DNA of 40,221 nt, from positions 1 through 40,221 of the forward strand of contig CBDUPA010000033.1 of assembly GCA_965368975.1 (NCBI GenBank), read 5' to 3'. The position numbers were made by a program, and so were the translations under genes. Every line of letters begins with the position of its first letter. The first letter of the stretch is position 1. Origin of the DNA: an uncultured bacterium (GTDB taxonomy: Bacteria; Acidobacteriota; Thermoanaerobaculia; Multivoradales; JAHZIX01). Positions 9,731-17,932 of the stretch are shown piece after piece. The notes beneath the pieces were generated by a model. It did no database searches. It was not told the origin of the DNA and saw only the letters and a list, made by a program, of their open reading frames with translations.

Positions 9731-10006
9731 ATGCAAGCTTTGGTGATGGAAGTCGGGTTTAAGGTCGTCGTGACCGTGAGTGGACCTCGGAAGCGCAGTA
9801 CTGAGCCTCCAGTTCCTTCGCACGAAGACACGGAGTGGCCAAGCTCTAAGGAAGCGAAGGCCCAGAAGTGCGTAGGGCAGGTCGCTGGACCATCCAACAG
9901 AACAGAAAGCCGCCTGGGCCAGGTTCAGTATCTTTGTGAGAAGATCTTGCCGATCTTGGCAGCCAGTTCGACGACCCTGGGTTTCTTGATGTCTCTCTTG
10001 GGTTAG
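9731..10006 (+). CDS. Possible small hypothetical protein (91 aa) with hydrophobic C-terminus
   Basis: Purine-rich AAAGGGGG about 6 nt before ATG 9731; same strand as the operon and 93 bp upstream of it; no recognisable motif. Confidence 0.3.
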   Translation: MQALVMEVGFKVVVTVSGPRKRSTEPPVPSHEDTEWPSSKEAKAQKCVGQVAGPSNRTESRLGQVQYLCEKILPILAASSTTLGFLMSLLG

Positions 10007-10099
10007 TGGTGAGTTTGGTGCCTCAGCGGCAAGGAAGACAGCCGCAGAATGCAGTTAGAACTATCCATGCAAAGTAAGAATGATACTTGGAGATAAGCA

Positions 10100-11410
10100 A
10101 TGAGTTCTATGTCCTTGGGGCAGGAGCAATGTGAGTGGCTTGAGAGCTTACGAGAGGACTTCAAAATCTCGCAGCATGAGATCGCTAAAAGTGGTGGCAT
10201 CCCACAGGCAAGCGTCTCAAATTGCCTGAGGGGGCAGGCTCTCAATAGTGATTCGCTGAATAGATTCTTTACTGGATTATGTGAGTGCGTGCACGTGAGT
10301 TCTGGGCTGAAGTCAGATGGGACAGCCGAAGTAATGGCTGAACTCGATGCTATGCGAAAGAGCTTGGGCCTTGCTGGCGAGGACTGTGTGAGTATTCCGC
10401 GTCCTGGGGCTGTCTCCGAAAGCAATCGAGTAGTCCGAGTAGACGTTGAGAAGGTCCTGTCTCGCGCGTTGAGTGAAGCACCCTTTACTGCTGCAGTTGT
10501 CGGCTCGCCAGAATCCGGGAAGACTACATTGTTGCAGGTCTTGACGTCTAAAGCCCGGCGGATTGGTTTCAAGGTCGTAGAGTTCGATGTTCGTTTGTTA
10601 GAGCCGCCTGAGTTCCGAGAGAAAGATGAAGGCTCAGAAGAGAGCCTTGCTTGCTTCTTCTGTGAGCTGGCAATGGAGGTAGGTACTACGCTCGAGGCAA
10701 GTCTAGAGAAGGCCAAGGCAGTAGACGGACGCCTAGCGTTCTCGAGATACTTGCGCCAGCTTCGCGCTAAGGTCTCCGAGCCCCCGTTACTCATCGTATG
10801 TGATCACGCTTCAGTATCGCGAGGCGTACTGGAGGAGCTTGCCCAGACATGTCGTTCATTAGACGCCTACAAAGGCAGGACTCAGGTTTCCTGGGCCTTG
10901 GATGTTTCCGGCAATCCAGGCAGTCATCGTGTCGGTGCAGTATCCAAGTTGGCGCCTTCACCAATGATCGAGTTGGGTTGGTTTTCTGGGCGACAGGTTG
11001 AAGATCTGGCTGATCTTTACGAACTGCGGGAAAAGGAAGCTCGCGCGGAACTCTGGAGGTGGTTCAAGGGGCACCCCTTCCTTACGCATAGCGCGCTGCA
11101 TCGCTATCGCGATTTCTGTGAGAACACGCTCATTGAGGACAGCTGGGCAGCCGTTGGTGCCGAGATCACAGCTTCGCCTCCGGGTGGGCCGTTCAAGCAA
11201 CACCTCAGTCGGCTGAAAGGACGTGTTGGAGAGGAATTGAAAGCCGCGAAGCCTCTAGCAGAGCTTCAGGCTCTTGGTGAGCAAGCTGCCGGTGAGCAGC
11301 GAGATTTATTGCCGCTCTGTGTACGCCAGTATCTCCTGCCGCATCTCGATTCTGGTCTCGCGGGATTGCCCGAGTTCTATATTCATCAGGAGGGTTTCTT
11401 ACGCTCATGA
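10100..11410 (+). CDS. XRE-type HTH fused to AAA_35-like (STAND-related) P-loop NTPase with degenerate Walker B
   Basis: N-terminal ISQHEIAKSGGIPQASVSNCLRG (HTH); Walker A GSPESGKT; Walker B LLIVCDH; later WFKGHPFLT and PFKQHLSRL resemble the GGHPYL and HL.RL segments of AAA_35 proteins; GGAG RBS. Confidence 0.75.
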   Translation: MSSMSLGQEQCEWLESLREDFKISQHEIAKSGGIPQASVSNCLRGQALNSDSLNRFFTGLCECVHVSSGLKSDGTAEVMAELDAMRKSLGLAGEDCVSIPRPGAVSESNRVVRVDVEKVLSRALSEAPFTAAVVGSPESGKTTLLQVLTSKARRIGFKVVEFDVRLLEPPEFREKDEGSEESLACFFCELAMEVGTTLEASLEKAKAVDGRLAFSRYLRQLRAKVSEPPLLIVCDHASVSRGVLEELAQTCRSLDAYKGRTQVSWALDVSGNPGSHRVGAVSKLAPSPMIELGWFSGRQVEDLADLYELREKEARAELWRWFKGHPFLTHSALHRYRDFCENTLIEDSWAAVGAEITASPPGGPFKQHLSRLKGRVGEELKAAKPLAELQALGEQAAGEQRDLLPLCVRQYLLPHLDSGLAGLPEFYIHQEGFLRS

Positions 11411-13710
11411 GTCTCATGAAATTCGCGCGAGGGCAGACTGTCGAGTCTGGGCATATTTATGTGCTGCGGGATATTGATCGGCGTTTCCGAAAACTGGCTC
11501 TGGCAGGTGGTTGGTTTGGCATTCAAGGCTGCCGAACGATGGGAAAGAGCAGTTTGGCGGTGCGTTCCTTCCAAGAGTTGGCAGCGCAAGGTTGCCGATC
11601 GGTTTTCTTGGACCTGGGAGCTTGGAACCAAAAGAAAATTGAAGCTTGGCTCGAGGATTTTGCGAGCGAGCTACTGACGGAGCTTGGCGATACCTTGCCC
11701 AACCCTCCGGTACCCGAAGACATTCTCGGAGATATGTCTGGTTTCCTCCAGCGTTGTTCCGAAGGTGCTGAGCGTACTTTGATTGTGCTCGACGAGGTGG
11801 ATTGGTTGCAGGAGTTGAAGTACCGGCGCGAGATCTTCGCGCGTTTGCGCGCTGCACAGAGCAAGCTGGCTCTGCGCGGTGAAGCAAGCCGGCTGGGTTT
11901 CTGCTTCATTAGCTTGAAGCCGTTGACCCGAGAAGGTGCAGCCAGGTACGGACCCATAATTCAAACCCTTCAAGTACCGGATTTTCCCACCGAGAGTGCT
12001 GCCGGAGAGCGGGTCGTCACGGCTCTCAAGCAGGGATTCAACCCAGACGTCCGCCGCCGAGCTGCGATCGCGCGTACGGTGTTGCGACAAGCGGGGGGGC
12101 AGCCCTATCAGACGATGATCCTGGCCAGTGAAGTGGCAGATAAGCAGGCGAGATCGGCCAAGCAAGCGCTTGAGGTTATCCAGGCTTATGTCGACGCGCA
12201 GCGCGATCACCCGAAAGAACTCTTTTCGCAGATTCAGGAAATGTTCCTCGAGGAGCCGATTCGGGCCCATGAAGCGCTGAATGAGTACGAGAGTCTTCTG
12301 CGCGGCCAGTTCTCTGCGCTGGGAACCGTAGGGGCCGATGTCTTGCTGCGCTCGGGGCTAGGCTGTGAGCGGAACGGCGCCTTGGCCATAAAGGGTCCAG
12401 TTTTCGAGCGCTTCTTCGATCAACGGTGGGTAAGCCGGATGCGGGATCAGCTGTTGATAGCGCAGCGACAACAGCGCCCTCGCTGGCGAGCAGCGGGTAC
12501 GATGAAGCCGCGAATCTGCATCCTAAACACCGGCGGTACTGTCGGCATGGTGCGACGCGAGAGCAAAGTTGTAGCACCAAGAGATGAAAAGGAATTTCTG
12601 GAGAACTATTCTTCTCTTCAACAAATTGCAGATATCGACTTCGAGCAACCTTTCGTGCGCGACAGCATTAATGTCTATCCGCAGCAGTGGAAGCAAATAG
12701 CTGAGACTATTTACCGCAAGAGGGACGAAGGATATGCGGGTTTTGTCGTGGCTCATGGCACAGACACCATGGCTTTTACAGCTTCCGCGGTAGCTTTTGC
12801 TCTGGGGCCCAATCTATCGGTTCCTGTCGTCTTCACAGGGTCACAGACCACGCCGGAAGTTCTGCATGGAGATTCGCAGGCGAACCTGATTCGTTCCTGC
12901 ATGGTGGCGGCTCGGGGTACAGAATTACCGGAGGTGGTGATCTGCTTCGGAACGAAAATCTTTCGTGCGGTACGGGCGCAGAAGCGAGATGAGCGTCGGT
13001 TCGAGGGGTTCGACTCACCGACGTTTCCGCCGCTTGGGGAGATCACGGAAGATATCTTGCTAGATCGAGAGCGGATCCGCGAAGGGCCCAGTCTAAGAGT
13101 CGACCTGATCCGCCAGCGACCGGTCGAAGGGACCGATATCCAACTGCAGCCCGATTTTTCACCAGGGGTCTTGATGGTTCAGTTGACACCGGGTCTGGAA
13201 CCAAACTTCTATTTAGACATTATCGAGAGAAGTGAGTATCACTCTTGCGAAGGGGTCATTCTGCAGACCCTGGGGGCGGGCAATGTCGCGATGCTGGAAC
13301 CGTATGGCTTCACGCGCTTTCTGGTTCGCGCCCGGCACCAGGGGATACCCGTCTTGATCACTTCGCCCTATCCCTGGAGTCTGAGCTTGTCGGAAGAGTA
13401 CGCTCCTGCGGCCGAGCCGGCAAAGTTAGGCGCGCTTATCGGTGGCGAGATGACGGCTGCCGCAGCCGTGACCAAGTTCCGCTGGGCTCTCGCGGCAGTA
13501 GCCGCGGAGGTGGAGAGTGGGCAGTTGAAGCCTTCAGGGCGCATCGAGCGGGTTCGCGAGATCATGCAAACCAACTTTCTGGGAGAGAAGGACGGGCCGA
13601 TGTGGCAGGACAATCAGCGAAAGCCTGGAACTCCGACAAGGAACTCCGTCGACTTGAAGAGTCGGAATCAATCGAAGACCGGCGATACTAACAAGGAGAA
13701 CGCAGCATGA
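11407..13710 (+). CDS. AAA_35-like P-loop NTPase fused to a type I L-asparaginase domain
   Basis: YVLRDID, Walker A GCRTMGKSS, Walker B LIVLDEVD, GGQPYQT, FDQRWV. From 12502: NTGGTVGM, DSINV, HGTDTMAFTAS, PVVFTGSQ, RAQK..FEGFDSP, LGAGNV. ATGA overlap with the previous gene. Confidence 0.88.
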   Translation: MSLMKFARGQTVESGHIYVLRDIDRRFRKLALAGGWFGIQGCRTMGKSSLAVRSFQELAAQGCRSVFLDLGAWNQKKIEAWLEDFASELLTELGDTLPNPPVPEDILGDMSGFLQRCSEGAERTLIVLDEVDWLQELKYRREIFARLRAAQSKLALRGEASRLGFCFISLKPLTREGAARYGPIIQTLQVPDFPTESAAGERVVTALKQGFNPDVRRRAAIARTVLRQAGGQPYQTMILASEVADKQARSAKQALEVIQAYVDAQRDHPKELFSQIQEMFLEEPIRAHEALNEYESLLRGQFSALGTVGADVLLRSGLGCERNGALAIKGPVFERFFDQRWVSRMRDQLLIAQRQQRPRWRAAGTMKPRICILNTGGTVGMVRRESKVVAPRDEKEFLENYSSLQQIADIDFEQPFVRDSINVYPQQWKQIAETIYRKRDEGYAGFVVAHGTDTMAFTASAVAFALGPNLSVPVVFTGSQTTPEVLHGDSQANLIRSCMVAARGTELPEVVICFGTKIFRAVRAQKRDERRFEGFDSPTFPPLGEITEDILLDRERIREGPSLRVDLIRQRPVEGTDIQLQPDFSPGVLMVQLTPGLEPNFYLDIIERSEYHSCEGVILQTLGAGNVAMLEPYGFTRFLVRARHQGIPVLITSPYPWSLSLSEEYAPAAEPAKLGALIGGEMTAAAAVTKFRWALAAVAAEVESGQLKPSGRIERVREIMQTNFLGEKDGPMWQDNQRKPGTPTRNSVDLKSRNQSKTGDTNKENAA

Positions 13711-15227
13711 AGGCAACAGCTGACCTTGGAAGAGTTCTAGTGCTCTATACCGGAGGCACTATCGGTTCCCGGCCCCGCGATTTGGAGGATCCGGACAGTC
13801 CCCAGTATGTGGTGCCCTGGAAGGATCTGGAGCGCGGTACTCCCGAACTGGCCGCGCTGCAGGCGAAGCGCGGTTTTCAGGTCGATGCCGTCTCGAGTGA
13901 TCCGCCGCTGGATTCGTGCAACATCGGCCCCAAGGAATGGATCCAGTTCGCCAAGATCATCGCCGAGAAGTATGAGGAATATGAAGGTTTTGTGATCTTA
14001 CATGGTACGGATACCATGGTGTATACAGCATCAGCGCTTTCCTTCATGATCCGCGGCCTGCGCAAGCCCGTGATTCTGACCGGTGCACAGCGTTCGGCGC
14101 TGGTTGACGTGCGCAACGATGCCTCTCAGAACTTCATCACGGCCTTGTTGCTGGCTAACCCGAAGTTTTCCAGTATCCCAACCGTGCCGGAGGTGACGAT
14201 CTTCTTCGGCGGTAAGCTGCTACGGGGAAATCGAACGATCAAGCAAGATACAACTGGATACGATGCCTATACCAGTCCGAATGTGCCAGCCCTGGGGAAA
14301 GTGGGCGACAAGGTTGTTATCCACAAGAACCGTCTGAGTGAGCCACGGGAGCAGGAACACTTCCGAGCGCAGCTACGGCTCGAGGATCGAATCCTGCCCT
14401 TGTTCATCTACCCAGGCATCACGCCGCAGGTCGTCGAGGCGCAAATCGAAGCGACGAAGCCGAAGGCGGTGATCGTGCAAGCGTTCGGCTCTGGCAACAT
14501 TCCCAATCTCGATCCAGAACTGGTCGAGGTATTCCGCCGAGCGCGGCAAGAGAAGATGATCCTGATTGCCGTAGTTTCCCAGTGCACCCAGGGGCCAGTA
14601 GAACTCGGAATCTATGAGACGAGCGCTGAGCTCTTGGATGCCGGCTTTATCTGCGCCAACGACATCACTTTGGAAGCAGCACAGTGCAAGTTGATGGCCT
14701 TGCTCGGTGATCCGGACATCAGTCTGGAGGAAGCCGAGCAGGAGTTTCAGCGTGCGATGGCAGGGGAACAGAGCCTCTCGGCTTACGTAACAGATTTCTC
14801 AGACGAACCGGGAAAGCTACCGGCGGAGGGCGATGCGCCCACGCGCGTTCGTTTCAAGGCACGCCCTCTGGCGGGAGTGTGGGAGGCCTCCAATCTTTCT
14901 CAGGCGCTGTTACGTTTCCGCAAAGGCTTCGTGACGGTGGACAAGGGGAAGGGCAAGGCTTCCCGGGACTATACCGAGTATCAGATCTACCTCAACGCTG
15001 CGCCGGACGAAGAAGTGAGTCCAGACAATCCTGGTTACGCTGGCACCTTCAAGCAGTACTCGATGACCGAGGGGCAAGCGAGCTTGGTACTGTTCGACAT
15101 CACCGAGGCCTTGCGTCCGCTGGCAGCGTCGGGAGAGCGGATCTCGTTCACGATCGTTGGTGAGGACGAGCGCGCTACGTTCACTTGGGAGCAAGTGGAA
15201 CTAGCGCTCTTCGTGCGCGAGGCCTGA
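13707..15227 (+). CDS. ansA: Type I (AnsA-like) L-asparaginase with ~150-aa C-terminal extra domain
   Basis: YTGGTIGS, LDSCNI, HGTDTMVYTASALSF, KPVILTGAQ, RGNRTIK..GYDAYTSPN, FGSGN, SQC; AAGGAG RBS; ATGA overlap. Confidence 0.93.
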   Translation: MKATADLGRVLVLYTGGTIGSRPRDLEDPDSPQYVVPWKDLERGTPELAALQAKRGFQVDAVSSDPPLDSCNIGPKEWIQFAKIIAEKYEEYEGFVILHGTDTMVYTASALSFMIRGLRKPVILTGAQRSALVDVRNDASQNFITALLLANPKFSSIPTVPEVTIFFGGKLLRGNRTIKQDTTGYDAYTSPNVPALGKVGDKVVIHKNRLSEPREQEHFRAQLRLEDRILPLFIYPGITPQVVEAQIEATKPKAVIVQAFGSGNIPNLDPELVEVFRRARQEKMILIAVVSQCTQGPVELGIYETSAELLDAGFICANDITLEAAQCKLMALLGDPDISLEEAEQEFQRAMAGEQSLSAYVTDFSDEPGKLPAEGDAPTRVRFKARPLAGVWEASNLSQALLRFRKGFVTVDKGKGKASRDYTEYQIYLNAAPDEEVSPDNPGYAGTFKQYSMTEGQASLVLFDITEALRPLAASGERISFTIVGEDERATFTWEQVELALFVREA

Positions 15228-15271
15228 GGGATGTCGACCGCATCTTGCTCTGACTCAAACTGCGAAGGGCC

Positions 15272-16663
15272 ATGAGTCCAGCTGACGTCGCGAGCGAAGC
15301 CTGGGCGGGCTTGTTGCGAGGAGTCGAGGACCGTGTGCCGCCGCCGGTGCTGCACACGGCCGCCTTTCTCGCTGCGCACGGTGTGTGGTGCCGTTTGAGC
15401 CGCAATCACGAGGCGTTCAGCTGCCGGGATGCAGCCCGCAAACGTTGGCGTCTCGGGCACGAAGGGATCGAACTCTGGAACGAGCTGAAGTCTTACTTCG
15501 GGCGTTTCCGCAATGCTTCCGGCCACGAGCAATTTGTGCTGGCGCACTGCCGGGGAGATCGAGTGGTCAATCTCGAACAATTAGCCCGGGCGTTGCACGC
15601 CCAAAGAGAAGTCGAGCGCTTGGATGAAGCGGAGGTCAAGCGCTTCGGGGTTCAATATGGGTTGGTGAACCCGTTCGAGACGTGGAAGGTTTCTGAGTAT
15701 GAGATGGACGGACCTGCCTTGACGACACCGGTGCTACAAGTCTTCGATCGAGAACTGGCGACGCCGCTCGGAGTTCCCGGTACGGTCATGACCAATGCGG
15801 GAGATCTGACCTGGGCAGTGGAGTTCGATGTTGTGGCCTTGATGGATGCTCTGGACAATGCCTTCGTCGAAGACATTGCCGATCCGGATCCCGAGAACGA
15901 CGCGATGCTCTGGGGAGCCCGAGAGCCGAAGAGTATCGGGATCTTGACCGGTAATGCTCCGGAATCGGGGATCCACCTCTGGAATGATGTCAACCGTTAC
16001 GTGCGCGAGCTACTCGGGTCTCTTAGTTGTGGTGACGTATCGATGCCGCCGGTGAATGTCTATAGCCTGCCCGCGATGGGATTGACTATGGAGCTGGCGG
16101 AGCGAGAGCAGGCCATCTGGCCACACGTAAGAAAGGCAGTGAAGAACGCTTGCGTCGACGGTGCGCAGCTGTTAGCCATTGCGTGCAACACAACGCATTA
16201 CTTTACACCTCGCATTCGAGAGATCTGCTCTGAGTACGGTACTGAGTTCGTTGCGATGCCGGAGATTCTAGCTGATTGGTTGCGCCACCAGAGGATCACT
16301 GATCTGGCGTTTGTCGGAATCCGGTATGTTTCGGAGTTGGGGAAATGGAGTGGATACCGCGAAGCTTTGGACGAGTTCAAGGTCGAGCAGCTGAGTGAAC
16401 GTGCCAAGGAGCTGCTCGACGAGTTGGCATATCAGGTGAAATCCGAGGGACCTACGGAAAAAGGTCTAAACCGCCTGCGAGATATCCTGCGCCAAGAGGT
16501 CGATAGCGAAACGGTCGTTCTTGCCCTCACCGAGCTTTCCATCTTGCTTTCTATCCAACGTAAGAAGAGCAGAAGTGGACGCCTGATTATCGACCCTCTG
16601 GCACTCTACGCGGAGGCTCTGGCTCGCAAGTATCTGGGGCTACCCTTCCCGGCGGAGGATTGA
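15272..16663 (+). CDS. YbaK/ProX-like (INS superfamily) aminoacyl-tRNA editing domain fused to an Asp/Glu racemase-like domain
   Basis: N-half: SCRDAA, ELKS (conserved Lys), VLAHCRGDRVVNLEQL, GLVNPF (GxxxP), VFDREL, NAGDLTWAVEF. C-half from ~15929: IGILTGNAPES, IACNTTHYF, VVLALTELS. Confidence 0.78.
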   Translation: MSPADVASEAWAGLLRGVEDRVPPPVLHTAAFLAAHGVWCRLSRNHEAFSCRDAARKRWRLGHEGIELWNELKSYFGRFRNASGHEQFVLAHCRGDRVVNLEQLARALHAQREVERLDEAEVKRFGVQYGLVNPFETWKVSEYEMDGPALTTPVLQVFDRELATPLGVPGTVMTNAGDLTWAVEFDVVALMDALDNAFVEDIADPDPENDAMLWGAREPKSIGILTGNAPESGIHLWNDVNRYVRELLGSLSCGDVSMPPVNVYSLPAMGLTMELAEREQAIWPHVRKAVKNACVDGAQLLAIACNTTHYFTPRIREICSEYGTEFVAMPEILADWLRHQRITDLAFVGIRYVSELGKWSGYREALDEFKVEQLSERAKELLDELAYQVKSEGPTEKGLNRLRDILRQEVDSETVVLALTELSILLSIQRKKSRSGRLIIDPLALYAEALARKYLGLPFPAED

Positions 16664-17327
16664 TCTCCCCCATCAACCCCTCCACCTGCCGCAGCTGCCG
16701 TCCGACCCACAGCCGATACCCGATCAAGAACAGCAGCATGCCGCCGACCAGGCCGCCCATCATCCACCAGTACCTGGGACTTCCGGTGAGGCGGATGGGG
16801 TCTTCGGCCAGGGTCCAGTAGAACCAGGGCACCAGCAGTACCACCTCGACGAGCAGCAGGTAGAGGGCGAAACGCGCGCCGAGCAGGCGGCGGCGGCAGC
16901 GTAGGTGGGTGAGGGCGAGGTAGTCCGCGGCGGTTTCGCCGTGGCTTTGCCAGATGCTGCGGCGGTTCCAGAAGGAGAAGGTGGTGGCGGCGAGGACGAG
17001 GACCCAGATGAAGAGGGCCAGGACGAGATCGGGGGTGGTGGAGTTGTGGGCGAGGTGCCAGGCGCCAAAGAGTGTGAGGCCGAGAGCGGTCAGGATGTCG
17101 CCGAGGGCCCACAGGCGGAAGGTCCAGTCCTGGCGCTTGGCGCGGCGCCGGATCTGTTCGAAGCTGGGCCTCTCGTAGCTGGGCTGTTCGTGGCTGGGAT
17201 GGTCGTGGCTGGGCTGTGACGGGCCGCCTGCTGGCTGAGCGGCGTCCTCCTGCTGCCACAGGTCGCGCCACTCTTCGGGCGCCGGATCGCCCTGCACGGG
17301 CTTGTTCGGGGGATAGGTCTGACTCAT
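16587..17327 (-). CDS. Multi-pass membrane protein, probable anti-sigma factor for the upstream ECF
   Basis: W..LWQQ N-terminal motif and about four hydrophobic segments; ATGA-coupled to the ECF gene; 3' end overlaps the island's last gene by 77 bp. Confidence 0.7.
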   Translation of the reverse strand: MSQTYPPNKPVQGDPAPEEWRDLWQQEDAAQPAGGPSQPSHDHPSHEQPSYERPSFEQIRRRAKRQDWTFRLWALGDILTALGLTLFGAWHLAHNSTTPDLVLALFIWVLVLAATTFSFWNRRSIWQSHGETAADYLALTHLRCRRRLLGARFALYLLLVEVVLLVPWFYWTLAEDPIRLTGSPRYWWMMGGLVGGMLLFLIGYRLWVGRQLRQVEGLMGEINPPPGRVAPDTCEPEPPRRVPEGR

Positions 17328-17914
17328 GGCGTGGTTCCCGCGGCTTTCGGGGAGTTAGTCGTGGAGGAGGTCGCCTCGAGCAGGCGCCGCAGGTCGCCCC
17401 GGGCGCGGTTCAGGCGGACGGCGACGTTGTTGGCGCTCAGGCCGAGGATGTCGCCGATCTCTTTGTGGCTCAAGCCTTCGAGGCTGAGGGTGAGAACTTG
17501 ACGCCGCCCGAGGGGCAGTTGCCGGATGGCGGCTTGCAGGTGCCGGCGCCGCTGGGCGCGCTCGGCGGCGGCTTCGGGGTTGGCGGTGGCGGCGAACAGG
17601 TGGTGGCGCACGGAGTCCAGGGGCGACCACGGACGTTTGCGGGCGCGGTGTGACAGGCCGCGGTTGTGCGCGATGCGGAAGGCGAAGGTACGCTCGCTGC
17701 AGTCGCCGCGGAAGCGCGGAAGCGCCTGCCAGATGGCGAGGCAGATGTCTTGAAACAGGTCTTCCTGACGCCCTGCGTCCGCCTCGTAGGCGCACGCCGC
17801 GCGGCGCAGGGCGGGGCCGTGCTCGGCGAGGATGCGCTGGAAGCGGTCGTCGTGTCCACCACGCGCGGGTGCTGCGGTGGACGGCGACGGGGCGTCAGGA
17901 GGACCGTCGGGCAT
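17324..17914 (-). CDS. ECF sigma-70 factor
   Basis: Region 2 EDLFQDICLAIWQALPRFRG..RIAHN; region 4 LEGLSHKEIGDILGLSANNVAVRLNRAR. Confidence 0.95.
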   Translation of the reverse strand: MPDGPPDAPSPSTAAPARGGHDDRFQRILAEHGPALRRAACAYEADAGRQEDLFQDICLAIWQALPRFRGDCSERTFAFRIAHNRGLSHRARKRPWSPLDSVRHHLFAATANPEAAAERAQRRRHLQAAIRQLPLGRRQVLTLSLEGLSHKEIGDILGLSANNVAVRLNRARGDLRRLLEATSSTTNSPKAAGTTP

Positions 17915-17932
17915 ATTTTCAGTTCTTGGGGT

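Larger units (their letters stand above)
9400..16663. other. Lower-GC, probably horizontally acquired island carrying a four-gene operon
   Basis: Hand counts of G+C: 19/60 (9601-9660), 28/60 (10081-10140) and 31/60 (16321-16380), versus 46/60 (8641-8700) and 45/60 (16861-16920) in the flanks. No integrase or att repeats seen; boundaries are approximate. Confidence 0.7.

Noticed and set aside
10003-10794. 263-aa ORF antisense to the XRE-NTPase
   Set aside because: Ser/Arg-rich with no motif; the plus-strand gene has an RBS, HTH, Walker A and operon coupling.
12502-15227. Asparaginases as GatD of a GatDE amidotransferase
   Set aside because: No GatD N-terminal domain and no gatE; motifs fit AnsA-type enzymes.
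9400-16663. Island as a prophage, ICE or transposon
   Set aside because: No integrase, transposase, tRNA target or flanking direct repeats found by eye.
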